Shown: positions 11,640 to 24,788, counted from the first letter of the whole stretch. The stretch is DNA of 63,330 nucleotides, filler included, from Octopus bimaculoides (GCF_001194135.2; 4 parts of 3 records of this genome joined end to end with filler, not necessarily neighbours in it); one strand, 5' to 3'. Numbers and translations are program-made. The notes: generated by a model not told the origin, from the letters alone.

Positions 11640-11795
11640 GATGGTTGTCCTTGGGAAACAATTTCTTATGAATTCATCTACACGATACAGGTCTTCCTTA
11701 AGCTTCATTATCTTCACCAGTACCAGAACAAAGTGAAATGCCATACATAAGGCCATCATTTTTCAGAAAAGTAATTATTTCTTCTGTTAACATTT
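11640..11795 (-). pseudogene. Possible Merlin/ISXO2-like transposase N-terminal relic
   Basis: Reads MLTEEIITFLKNDGLMYGISLCSG, then after a frameshift KIMKLKEDLYRVDEF. This resembles the '(E)ExIxFLxxxGL...CxxC...MKL..D...D' N-terminus of Merlin-type transposases. Heavily decayed. Confidence 0.3.
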
Positions 11796-12254
11796 GAAAA
11801 AAAACTGTACTTTGTTCATGTTAATCATGAATGTAATCACAATACATGATGGATCTAACTAAAAGATTATAAGAACACTACATTGGATGCATTTTAGTGT
11901 CTAACCAGCACAATACTAGTGTACTTCGAAATAGCTCATTTCTTGGATTCTTAACCAGGAATCAAAACCTTAGTCTAGATTTTTTGTAAGCTCCTTTCCG
12001 CTGTTCTCAGTATTAGCACTAAGAAATTCATGGATCAACTGTCATACTTAAGATTAGTTGTACTCTTTAACTTAATATTGTAGTTTAAATTCAGTTCAAT
12101 AAAGTTAAATAGATTAACCTTCTTTTGTTCTTCAACCTACATCCAGCTTTCAGACATCGCACATCTTATTCTTTCATTCAGCACTTTGCCGAAGGAGCAC
12201 TTCTTTCTTTCACCCGACACCATGTTGGAGGAGTGTACTCTCTCTCTCCAAATA

Positions 12255-13572
12255 TTGGGTTAGCAAGAAAGTAATTTCGGTTTTTTAGTCTTTCATTTTC
12301 ATACAAAGAATGAACTTTAATCAATTATATATTTTCCATTTTGTTTGATGGCCTTTTGCCATCTTTCTGGCAATTTGATGATTCTGAACTCATAGAACTT
12401 CTGGTCCTTATCAGCCAAAAATTGAAGCAAGTGCGATTTCAGGTCATCATCATTATTGACAGTTTTACCATTCAAAGAATTTTGCAAACTTCAAAATAAA
12501 TGGTAATCTGATGGTGCAATGTCAGGGCTATATGGTGGATGTAACATCACTTCCCAACCAAGCTCCAATAATTTTTCAGAAGTTGGCAAAGATATGTGTA
12601 GTCTAGCATTGTCATGGTGGAACATGATTCCTTTATGATTTGCCAATTCTGGCCATTTTCCTTTAATTGCTTCCTCCAGTTTCATTAGTTGTTGACAGTA
12701 AACATCTGAATTGATCACTTGGTTCCTTGGAAGCAGTTCAAAATACACAACACCTTTTGTAATCCCACCAAACTGACAGCATGACCTTTTTTTGATGCAA
12801 TTCAACTTTCAATGTGGTTTGTGCTGGTTAGTTACGCTTGGATTCTGATCATTTTCAATTGATGTTATTGTAGACAATCCGTTTTTCATCACCAGTGATG
12901 ATTCGTTTAAAAAAAAGTCGATTTCATTGCGTTTGAGATGCATATTGCAAATATTGATTCGTTGTGTGAAGTGAATCTCTTCCAATTTATGTGGAATCCA
13001 AATATCAAGTTTCTTAATGAGTCCAAGACATTTTAAGTGGTTTTCAATTGTTGTGTGTGATACACTTAACCTCTCTGCAATCTCTCACACAGTTGTATGA
13101 CAATAAGATTTAATTATGGCTTTGATTCTATCATCATCAACTTCAGTAGGTCAACCAGAATGTTGGTCATCTTTGAGTGAAAAATCTCCAGAACGGAAGT
13201 TTTAAACCATTTCTGACATGTGCAATCTGTTAAGCAATCAACAGCATAAACTTTGCATATCTCTTTGTGACACTTATCAGCTTTCTTGCCTTTACGGAAA
13301 TAAAACAAACAAAATATAGCAAAAATGTTCGTTTTTGCACTCCATGTTAAAATTGACACTGAACTAACAGCTGTAAACAAAATTATGCACAATTTGCTTC
13401 TAAAGTAAACTAAAAGTAATGACTTCAAAAGTAAACTAAAAGTAATTGCTTCAAAAGTAATCTTCTAAAATAAGCTAAAAGTAAAAGGAAAAAATCATAA
13501 CATTAACAAAAGTCAGGCAAAAAAATCATATCTCTATTTACGAAAAACGAAATTACTTTCTTACAAACTCAA
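12255..13572 (-). mobile_element. Full-length but inactivated mariner (DD34D) transposon
   Basis: TIRs TTGGGTTAGCAAGAAAGTAATTTCG and CGAAATTACTTTCTTACAAACTCAA with TA on both flanks (12253-54, 13573-74). Transposase runs 13345->12317 (MECKNEHF..., ITGDE, FHHDNARLH, SPDIAPSDYHLF, YIID*) with frameshifts and stops. Confidence 0.95.
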
Positions 13573-15791
13573 TATTTTAGGACAGTTTGTTTTCACTTTT
13601 TGATGCAGCATGTCATTTTCTGTCTAGCATGCCTGTCTCTCTTTTCTGCCTGACACTTAGTTGGAGGTGCATGGCTGCTTTTCACACCACTAACATCCCT
13701 TCACCACTGTAGAACAGCAGATTGTTACAGCCTTTGTATACTGTTCCTAATGATGAATAGATGGAAAAATATAATCTGTACGAAATAACCTTTTTCCTTC
13801 TGTTTATTTATTTGGTGCATATCACACTGTCCCACAAAGTTTAAATAATCATCTATCAATAACATATGTCTGTCACATTTGATGATGCTAGCATACAAAC
13901 AGCTTCGTATATTTATTACATTTGGCAGCATCCATCAGTTTAAGAATGTTGCATTCCTATGAAGAGACAACTGCCACCACCAACGATTGGAGACAAAGAA
14001 TCAAACTTTTGTAGAATTGACATCTGAACTGCATATATTTGTTACATTGGGTCACCTGATGTTAATAGCGCAAAACACTGTCAAGTGTTTATCCAGAATC
14101 TTTACTACAACTTAGAAAAATTCCTGTGCAATGTTACCATTAATTCTTTTTGAGTGTTGTACTTTCTGTAGAGTTGTTGATATTAGAAAGTGCATCCAGC
14201 CATAGAAACCATGTGAAAAAAATATGTACAAGTGAAGTATGGTCCCCTGATTATGCCTAACTCATACATTTCAATTTGATTGTCAAAGAAAAGTTTGCTG
14301 ACGTTTTAAAGATCTAATTCCAAGATCCCTTCTTTAAATTACTATTCTTCATTATACACAGAGTCACCATCTTTATTTGACCGCTTTTAGAAACTTTGTA
14401 TTCTCAGCAGCTCCAAAGCAACAAGAATATTTGACTTCTTCTTGAGAGCTAAGAAATATTTAAGTCCTAAATGATTTTCTGATTTTGTACTTGATCCAAT
14501 TGTGAAGTAAAATTTTACATCTGGTATTTTCATTTCTCTGGTTAGAGATGTTTTGTCTGTCTGTTTTCTATTATTGTATCTAATTTATAAATCTCCTTCA
14601 TCTATTATACTATATTTTCTCAAAAGTAGTTTTCTACCCCATGATAACTGATTCACTTCTTTAAACTTTCTGGCAAGACTTCAGTCATTTAAACCTCTGT
14701 CTTTTAACTATATCTCTCATTTTTCTCATTGATATTCAATTTTTCTTTAAATTTTGCTTCAAACACTATACACAATTATTTATTCACAGAAGTACTACTA
14801 TGAAGTAAGTTTTGATTGAGCAGATTCTCTGATTTGGTTTCAGCTGCTGGTGAAGCTTGTACATCTAAGGCAGGGGTAGGGTTCCATGTAGTAACTTGAC
14901 CTGCAAGAAATAGCAGTCACAGCATGACCCTTGTATTACTTAGTAATTTTGCTACAACACTGAAGATTGATGTCTCTCTAGCAAACAAAAAATGAAAATA
15001 AAAGGAAAAGTCATGTGAAACACCTTACTATTTCAAACATTTTAGATAAATTTTTATTTTATATTCCTTCAAAATATAATCTTCAGGATTCCATATTGCT
15101 AACATTTTTAAAAGACTAATATTATCCATAATACCTTTCATCATCATTGAAAGTTTCTCATCTCTAAAAACTATCCCAATACACTGGTTCTGTATTGTAA
15201 ACAACATTGCAATTCATGCAGAGAACTAGTCTGGAACTCTTTGGCACTCAACTGGAAACCATCTATAATTTCGCATTTCTACACTAGCAGGTAAAATTTT
15301 CCTTTTCCTTTCTCCAATCTGTGATTCTTTTCCAAAGCTATTTTTTATGCACAACTAACAAATGCTATTCAGTATTCACATATGGAAATGCTGTCAAAGC
15401 CAGCCATTAATAATGCCTGCATAATAAATATGAAATGATATATTTTTCCTCTGGAGTTTTTTAATAAAAGGCATTGTCAGCCAGAAGTTTCCCAGATTCA
15501 TCTAAATTGACATCAAAACCATATTGCATTTGTACACACACTCACATACACTTATGTTGCTTTTTTACTCACTCACACACACACACACACACATGCAATC
15601 ATATTGCCTTTGTACACATACATATACACAGATTCTTGTTGCCTTTGTACATACAAACACAACCTTTGTACACACACAACCTTTGTACACACACACACAC
15701 ACACACACACACAACACACACACAAACATGCATGCACACGTGTGCACACACACACACAACACATAGACACAAACATACGTGCACACACGCA

Positions 15792-15833
<42 letters not shown>

Positions 15834-16363
15834 TGCTTCTGGTATATTTTTGTTTAATCCATCTAATGTGATATCACAGGGAGAAACAGACATTGTTGTG
15901 TTTTGACATTCTCTATTTGTCACTTTCTTAATTCAATGTTAAAATAAATTACATTGCATTTAACTAACTGGTAAATACAATTTGAAAACACAAAATATAT
16001 ACATCTTTTTTTTTTATCTTTTATCTTTTATTTGTTTCAGTCATTGCTCTATGGCCATGTTGGGGCACCATTTTAAAGGGTTTAGTCAAAAAAAAGATCA
16101 ACCCCAGTACTCATTTTTTCAAAGTCTAGTACTTATTTTATCAGTCACATTTGTTGAAGCACTAAGGTATGGCACATATAAACAAGCCAGTTGTCAAGTG
16201 GTGGTGGTGGTGGTGGTGGTGGGTGTGTGTGTGTACAGAGAGACAAACACAAAAATAAAGACGCATAGATACAACCACATGCATAGATATATATCATCAT
16301 CATCCATATATATATATATACACACACACATATATACATACATATATGTATACATATATATAT

Positions 16364-16406
<43 letters not shown>

Positions 16407-17235
16407 TNNNNNNNNNNNNNNNNNNNNNNNNNNNNNNNNNNNNNNNNNNNNNNNNNNNNNNNNNNNNNNNNNNNNNNNNNNNNNTTTTTTTTTTTTTTTG
16501 CTGTAGTTTCAGCTCAGAGCTGTGGCTATGCTGATGCACTGCCGTTAAGTGATATATAAGTTTTGGTCCAGTTCATGTCAGCATGGAAAAACAAACACAG
16601 AACAAACAAACATGGATATACTAAATGTAATGAAATATATTTGTTTAAAAATCATTAGTAGTCTTCTTGTGAAATGCTAGTTAAGTATATACATTGCGAG
16701 CTCTTGCCTATACAGTGTAAGTATTACACTAAGTCATGTTTGAGTCATTTTCCATGATGCTTACTGAAAAAGTATCTCATGCCTACATAAAAAAATGCTT
16801 TTTTGGTTCACAACTATGTAGTCTAATTTGAATTAATGATAACAACTGCTAAGATAATGAACAAACAGCGTTAAATGTCCACAGTGAGTGTGTGGGAGTA
16901 GGAGAGAGAGGGAGAGAGAGAGAGAGAGAGAAAGTTGTTCTTTTCATTCGATGAAGTTATGAAATTCTGGGAGAATGGGAAATTGGGTAGTCATGCCTTT
17001 ACAAATTGCCATTGTTGACAAAAATAGGTATTGATAGTTATAGTCTCAGTTTGTTCAGAACCTTCCATCATTCAGACAGGAATAATTAATGTAATTATGA
17101 TGCATAATGGAATTTATGTTACAAGAAAGAATTCAATTAATGTTATGATATGGGTGTATATCTCTGAGAAAATAATTGTGCAAAATATGTTAATATAAAA
17201 CTTTGTTTTTGAAACACACCCACACAATCTGTTTG

Positions 17236-17284
<49 letters not shown>

Positions 17285-17324
17285 ATTTCTATCTATATAT
17301 ATATATATATATATATAAAATTTA

Positions 17325-17458
17325 CAATAAAGCCTCATGCTTAGAGGGACAACATAAGTTAAAACTACCAAAATAAGCACATTTTTACTGATCGGTAAAA
17401 ATGTGCTTATTTTGGTAGTTTTGAATTATGGAGTCCCTGTAAGCATGAGGCATTATTG
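17325..17458. mobile_element. Short palindromic MITE (Tc1/mariner-type TA flanks)
   Basis: Perfect 28-bp inner stem (17361-17388 with 17395-17422) around a 6-nt loop, plus imperfect outer arms. Ends are TA|CAATAA...TTATTG|TA. Confidence 0.75.
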
Positions 17459-18080
17459 TATAGTAATGCTCTTATATAAATTAAATTATATATATTTATG
17501 GAAAAAAATGATGTTTTTTTTTTCCTTATGAGGTTTTTTCACGCTAACTACTTGATAAATTCTTATAAAGTCTTTATCCTAATATTATATACATATATAT
17601 AGGTATGTTGATATGTTGATGCAAACCAGAGAAATAGAATATGAGTATATGTATATTTTTACTAATATTTAGCAGAAGTAACAGAGTGTGTGTTTTTATA
17701 TTATTAATAAATTCATAAACTTATCAATAATATTCTCAGGAAATCAATATTTAATATTTCGAAAGATATATATCCAATATGACATGGTAATATAATAAAT
17801 TTAAAATATAAATATACGAAATATAAATATAAATATGTATAAAAATATAAATGTAGATAAAGATACATGTGAATATAAATGCGTATAAAAATGTTATGCG
17901 TAATTAAGCATGAATATTGTAAAGTCTAAAATATAAAAAAGCCTAAAATTTAAAGAATTAAACATTTNNNNNNNNNNNNNNNNNNNNNNNNNNNNNNNNN
18001 NNNNNNNNNNNTTAATTAATTAANNNNNNNNNNNNNNNNNNNNNNNNNNNNNNNNNNNNNNNNNNNNATATGTATATATA

Positions 18081-19810
18081 AAGACCCCGTCTTTATGGCA
18101 GTTGTGTAAATGTTGAAAACCCGTCTTTATGGCCACTGTGCAAATGTTTGGACACCGTCTTTCTGTCCGCTGTGTAAATATTTGGCCCCGACTTTATGCA
18201 CACTATATAAATGTTTAGACCCCTACATATAAATATATAAATTTATGGCCACTGTGTAAATGTTTGGTCCTCGAATTTATGCCACTGTGTAAACGTTTGG
18301 ACACCGACTTCATGGCCACTGCGTTAATCTTTGGACCCCGACTTTATGGCCAGCGTGTGAATATTTGAACCCCGTTTTTATGGCCACTGTGTAAATATTT
18401 GGACCACGACTGTATGGCCACTGCGTAAATATTTCGACCCCGTCTTTATGGCCACTGTGTAATAGTTTGGACCCCGACTTTCTGGCCGCTGTGTAAATAT
18501 TTGGAGCCCGACTTTATGGACAGTGTATAAATGTTTGGACCCGGTCTTTATGGCAGCTGTGTAAATGTTTGGACCCCGACTTTATGGCCACTGCGTAAAT
18601 GTGTGGACCCCGTCTTTATGGTCAATGTGTAAATATTTCGACACCGACTTTATTGCCAGCGTGTGAATATTTGGACCCCGTCTTTATGGCCACTGCGTAA
18701 TTATTTGGACCCCGACTTTGTGACTGTAAATGATTGGACCCCGACTTTTGGCCACTGCGTAAATGTTTAAATCCCGTCTTTATGGCCGCTGTGTAAATAT
18801 TTGGAGCCCGACTTTATGGACAGTTTATAAATGTTTAAACCCCGTCTTTATGGCCACTGTGTAAATGTTTGGGTCCCGTCTTTATGGCCGCTGTGTAAAT
18901 ATTGGGAACCCGACTTTATGGCCAGTGCATAAATATTTTAACCCCGAATTTATGGCCACTGCGTAAATGTTTGGACCCCGACTTTATGGCCACTGCGTAA
19001 ATGTTTGGAACCCGTCTTTATGACTGTAAATGTTTGGTCCCCGACTTTATGATCAGCGTTTAGATATGTGGACCCCGTCTTTATGGCCACTGCTTAAATG
19101 TTTGAACCCCGTCTTTATGGTCACTGTGTAAATGTTTGGACCCCGATTTTATGGCCACTGTGTAAATATTTGGACCCCGACGTTCTGGTCGTTGTGCAAA
19201 TGTTTGAACCCCGTCTTGATGGCCACTGTACAAATATTTGGACCCCGATTTATGGCTGTTGTGTAAATGTTTGTATCCTATCTTTATGGCCGCTGCGTAA
19301 ATATTTGGACCCCGACTTTATGGCCACTGTGTAAATGTTTGAACCCCGTCTTTATGGCCACTGTGCAAATATTTGGATTCCGATTTATGGCCGGCGTGTA
19401 AATATTTGGACCCCGTCTTTATGGCCACTGTGTAAACGTTTGGACCCCAACTTTATGGCCACTGCGCAAATATTTTGACCCCGACTTTATGGCCACTGTG
19501 TAAATGTTTAGATCCCGTCTCTATGGCCACGTTGTAAATATTTGGAGCCCGACTTTATGGCTACTGTGTAAATGATTGGACCCCGACTTTATGGCCAGTG
19601 TATAAATGTTTGGACCCCGACCTTGTGGCCACTGTGTGAATGTTTGGAACCCGTCTTTGTGGCCACTGTGTAAATGTTTTGACCCCGACGTTGTGGCCAC
19701 TGAGCAAATGTTTAGACCCCGACTTTATGGCCACTGTGTAAATGTTTGGACCCTGACTTTGTGGCCACAGTGTAAATGTTTTGACCCCGACTTTGTGGCC
19801 ACTGTAAATG
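18081..19810. repeat. 34-bp minisatellite, about 50 copies
   Basis: Consensus approximately GGACCCCGACTTTATGGCCACTGTGTAAATGTTT, head-to-tail with no spacers. Variants include GAC/GTC, ATG/ATA and occasional 4-nt deletions. The left end abuts an assembly gap. Confidence 0.95.
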
Positions 19811-22000
19811 TTTATGTACTGATATGTGTGTCAGTTCAAGTACATATACATATTGATATGTATATGTGTGTGTGTGTGTATAGAACCTTCAACAAATTAA
19901 GAGTCATGTATACAACTTGAATTGACCCACACATATCAGTACATAAACATACGTTCACATGTACATACACATGTACACATAGACACAAATACGTCTACAC
20001 AATTACCCTATTACTCGCGTACATCCATTAGTACATACGTTCATACTTACATGTATGCATATATGCATACATACATACATACCTGCGTATAGGCATGCAC
20101 ACATGCATAAGCATGTACACATGCATTGGCACACACATGTACACACACATATACATGCATGCATACATACACACATACATACGTACATATATATCATTAA
20201 CTAAGTGTTTCTTTCTCAGATGCAGCACAGAATTTTGTCAGTGAAGAGGTCGCGGTCTCAAAGCGACGAAAATATTTTGGGAAATTAAATTTAAATGTTG
20301 AAGTGAATCTAACGGTTTTTGTGTGTTTTTAAATGGCTTATAAACACCTTCCACGCTACAATTGTATACACACACACACACACATGTACATATATATATA
20401 CGTATGTGTGTGTGTGTGTGTACTTAATTATTTACTTATAAGGTGGTTTCTATAAAGTTTGCTCTGTGTATTTACTTATGGAATACCGGGGCGATAAATC
20501 ATGCTATCTTTATTTTAGTTATAAGCTAAGAATAAGAAAAAATCGGAAAAAGAAGTTGTGCACAGATACATGCACATATATAACTATGTGCACATGCAAA
20601 TATAAACAAATATTTGTACTTTATTATGGGTATGTTTTAATCAACTCTTCTACACTTAAGTAACTAGAAAGTTTATATTTCTCTTTAAGAACATTAATAT
20701 AATATATTTCTCTTTGAGACCATTAATATAAGTGAATAATTAAGTACAGGTATGAATATTAAACTAATTCTACGTAATCTTCCCTTTCTACAGAATACAA
20801 GTTCTTGTTTATAGAAATAAGCAAGCAAATTATTTACTGATTCATGTTGATATCTGCCAAAATAGACAATAATTCATGAAGAGCACACAAAAGAGCAAAA
20901 ATCCAAACAATATCGTATCTGTTCATTTTTAATAGGTTCTGGCAGATTTGAACATGAATACCTGACCACTATTGTCACCAGAAATGTGTTCATAGTACAA
21001 ACAATTCACCAGCGTGATGGGGCTTTGATGCACTGTGGTGTTTCGATTTCGTTGTGTGGCTCCTCAGTCGAAGGTATGTCACAGTCGGAAGGGTGAATCT
21101 CACCGGAACACGAGATCTTGTTTATAGCAATTAGCACAACATGGTCGAAACACTGTGATATCTCAAATTCCGTTACACCAATGAACCGGTGAATCGCGTG
21201 TTATGAACACATATCATTTAAAAGAAGGAGGTATTCTTCGATGAGGAAAAAAAAAAACAATAGTGATCAGCGTATTCATGTTCGAATCTACCAGAACATG
21301 TTGAGTATGAATAAATAGGTCATTATAACAAAAACAATAAAATATAAAATGACAAGATGGAGATGATATTTATAAACTTTAATAAGGAAATAGCAACAAA
21401 TAGAATTTTTTTGGATTTTCATTTTTTAATGTTTTTCATACTTTTGTTACCAATTTTTTTCTCGTTATGCAATTTTTAAATTTCTTTTTGCTGTTTTTTT
21501 CCTGGAAACCCAGAAAATGATCAGTGAAGTTTTTGAGCATGAGAATATGAGCTAGGACCTGAAGTAATTTCTAAAAAATGGGTTTCTAGAGATTTTGTGG
21601 GAGAAAACTTAAAGAAAATTTGAAGAAGGTTTGAAGATAATTAGAAAAAGAAGAGAGATTTGGCATTACGGGTTTGAAGAGGAATGGAGAAGGAATTTAA
21701 AGAGGAATAACGATATAAGATTTGAAAGAAGAAAATTTGAAAATAGAAAAGATATGAAATGAATTTGAAAAGATTAAGGGGCTAAAAATATATTTGCTAG
21801 CAAAAGGGACACAAATTATGAAGAAGAAAAGATGATTTTGTAAGAAATGATTAAAAAACAACGAAACAGCTTCCTTAAAAAAAGAATAGAAAAGAAAGAA
21901 AAAGAAAGAAATGAGATTTTCTGGAAGAAAAGATCAATAGGAATTGAAACTATGAAGACAGAAAGAAAATCTGAATGATTATTAGACTTAGTTTTGGGCG

Positions 22001-22464
22001 TCATAGTTCTTGTTTTGAGACTTCGTCAAAGTGCAGAATCTCTTTGGGGTCTTGGACCTCTTGTGGATTACGGTAAGTGTTAAAGTTACGGAATGAATCG
22101 AAACGCCGTTTCTCAATCTCCAAAATGTCCTCCATGTCTGCCTCAGTTTTCTGCAAAGACTGGCCTATGCCAGGCAATGTGTAACGGAATTGGTGGTTCA
22201 CAGTGAAAAAGAAGTGCAACAAGTTTGGATAATTCATGTCACCAAAGCTATCTCTTGTGTAAACAATTGCTTTAAATTCAGGTGTCTTTGTCGGATCCGA
22301 CGAATCGGTAACCATAACCAAGACAGACGGTACGTCAATGAAAGCATTTCCGGTACCCAGCAGCTCGAAATCTTCCGGTGACGGTTTCACGAGCCGAGCA
22401 AAGTTAAAGTATTTTCCAAAACGTAATGAAAGAGCTTTAAATAATGGACACGTCTCTTCTTCCT
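22001..22464 (-). CDS. Terminal coding exon of a putative ER-resident protein with a thioredoxin-like (redox-inactive) domain
   Basis: Polypyrimidine acceptor TTTCTTTCTATTTTTTACAG| at 22465, phase 1. The open frame EEETCPLFKALSLRFGKYFNFARLVKP...VPSVLVMV...YPNLLHFFFTVNHQF...DEVSKQEL* runs to the stop. C-terminal KQEL is a KDEL-type retrieval signal. The fold assignment is inferred from the PLxKALSxxFxxxxxF pattern. Confidence 0.8.
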
Positions 22465-24443
22465 CTGTAAAAAATAGAAAGAAAAGAAAATTGTTATTAA
22501 CCGCAAAAAGAAATAAAATCTTGTAAATTATTCGCAAAAATAAAACAAAAAATATCCTTTCTAGTACACAGCAGTAAATGTATTTTTACTTAATAAATTA
22601 GATAATCAGAGCATGTTTTTTGTTGTTGTTTTGTCTAAAACGTTTGTTGACGTGATCCTTTTTCTTCTTTTAGCGTTGACTGCATTTGAAAATCTTTGTC
22701 GACAACGTCTTCCTTTTGATTTGGGAAAAAAAGTTTACCTCAGCTGCTCTCTTTGACTCTCAGTTGGCCATTTGTAATTTTATTCGCATTTCAGAATGGC
22801 TGTGTCATTAGTGATAGTATGCATCCCTGTGGCGGTTAACAACGACGTAAAAAATTAACCCCCACCCCCACCAAGTTCTGTCAAACACGCGAATGTATTA
22901 AAAAGGCAATATGACAAACTATCAGGTAAATTTTCAACAGACGTTTATAGTTTAACTTTTAAAAGCACAAAAATGCGAATACTAATGGAAACGTCAATTT
23001 AAACAATAAAAACTGTAACCACCCAAACAAAACATTGACCCTACGTTGCTACTGTTGTGAGTGATAGGAAGTTGCTCGATATGAACAGATTTCAAGAAAA
23101 AGAGAAAATATGAATGAGGTATATGGAGACGGAAAGTGGGTCTTATCCCAAAATCTATTCAATGACGGACAAAGAAAAAAGTAACACACGTTTCTGCTGC
23201 AAATAAAACAGGATGAGTTACAAATACCTTCGCTAGAGGGCGGTAGAACACTTACTAGGGAGTTCTTGGTGAATGATTGACTGAATTCACTCTTGTAAGA
23301 ACAGTAAAGAAAATCTGCTAGATGAATAACTTGAAGAAGGTCAATAGAAAATAGTGCGCTGATTGAGATCAGAGACAAATATATCGAACACCAAAATGAT
23401 AAATTATTGATGAAAATCACATCATTAGTGTACCAATAGTTAAATATGAGATGACAATTTGTTACCTTGGCGAAAATTAAAGAAATACGCCGATAAAATT
23501 GGAGTGAACGGTCGTTAGACTAGTAGGGTACCTTGATACTACGTAGACGGAGGCTTACCGAGAGAGGCAGAGAGAGAAAGAGAAATGGTGTAACTGAAAG
23601 ACACAGTAAGAGTGTAAAAGAGAGAGAGAGAGAGAGAGAGTAAAAGAGAGAGACGGGAGAGAAAGAGTGATAGCGACAGAGACAGAACGATAGAGAAAGA
23701 GAGAGCTGTACAGAGAAAGAGAATGATAGAGAAAGTAAATGATTCAGAGAAAAATAGTGACAAAGAGAACAAGGCAATAAATGAAAGAGAAAGGGACAGA
23801 GAGAGGGTGAGAGACAGAGATAGAAAGTTAGATGGAAAGAGAAATATATAGAGATAGAGAGAAGGAGGGAAGGAGAGAGATAGTATAATAGAGAGAGAGA
23901 GAGAGAGAAAGGTGACTGGACATAACAAAATACTATTTTGGTTGGGCGCCTCATCGCTTCAGTCACATCAACGTCACGACTATCAGCATGAACACCACTA
24001 ACAGTGTTTAATAATAAGTTTAATAAATCTCAGTCGAATGACACTCGTTAAAATACTAATGTTGGTTCAGCTGAGTGTGTAATGTAGATTAATTGACCAA
24101 CAACACTTTAGCGCGAAGTAATACACGAAAGCCAGTTTGGCGCCATTGCTCTAGAATACAAAGTAAAGCAAATACCTTGACGGGAATGAGCGGAAGAGGA
24201 GGAGGAGGAGGTGAAGGGTTGGAGTTAGGAAACAAAACATGTAGATGTGTATGTGTGGGTGTGTATGCGTATGAAAGGGCAACAAGGAAGTAAAGAAGAG
24301 AAAAAATTGATCTGATTTATGATATATTTATTGAATATATAATAATCATTAAAGCATGCAGGGAACACCATATAAATTTCGAATCAATTATACACCACAA
24401 ATTTGATTAGGAAGGTGATACAAAGTCAATGATGAATTAGAAT

Positions 24444-24481
<38 letters not shown>

Positions 24482-24731
24482 NNNNNNNNNNNNNNNNNNN
24501 NNNNNNNNNNNNNNNNNNNNNNNNNTTAATTAATTAANNNNNNNNNNNNNNNNNNNNNNNNNNNNNNNNNNNNNNNNNNNNTTATAGGATCATGCTCAAA
24601 GAGGTATCGTCACTCCCACGCACCATCTTTGCTACATTCACCCACCTTTTAATGAAACTTTCACGAGACAAAAACTGTCTCTCTATTCTCACCTTCCTTT
24701 TCAAGTGATACTTGAAAAAGTTGATGAGCGT

Positions 24732-24732
<1 letters not shown>

Positions 24733-24788
<56 letters not shown>
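24733..24788. repeat. (GATA)n microsatellite
   Basis: Direct inspection. Confidence 0.95.

Noticed and set aside
15170-15520. Possible pogo/Tigger DDE relic (NLDES...KTPEEKYI)
   Set aside because: It is too decayed to support by eye, and no TIRs were found.
18012-18023. TTAATTAATTAA island inside N-runs (also 24526-24537 and 35257-35268)
   Set aside because: Each is flanked by exactly 44 N on both sides (100 bp in total) and has stops in all six frames. It is an assembly gap spacer, not biological sequence.
18081-19810. CRISPR-like appearance of the 34-bp repeats and the Cys/Pro/Trp-rich ORFs at 19098-19334 and 19606-19920
   Set aside because: The units are contiguous with no unique spacers, there are no cas genes and the context is eukaryotic. 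The ORFs are chance readings of a repeat whose length is not a multiple of 3.
21035-21072. Minus-strand TTCGA-CTGAGGA...GAAA-TCGAA hammerhead-like string
   Set aside because: There is no helix II pairing, no helix III and no NUH site.
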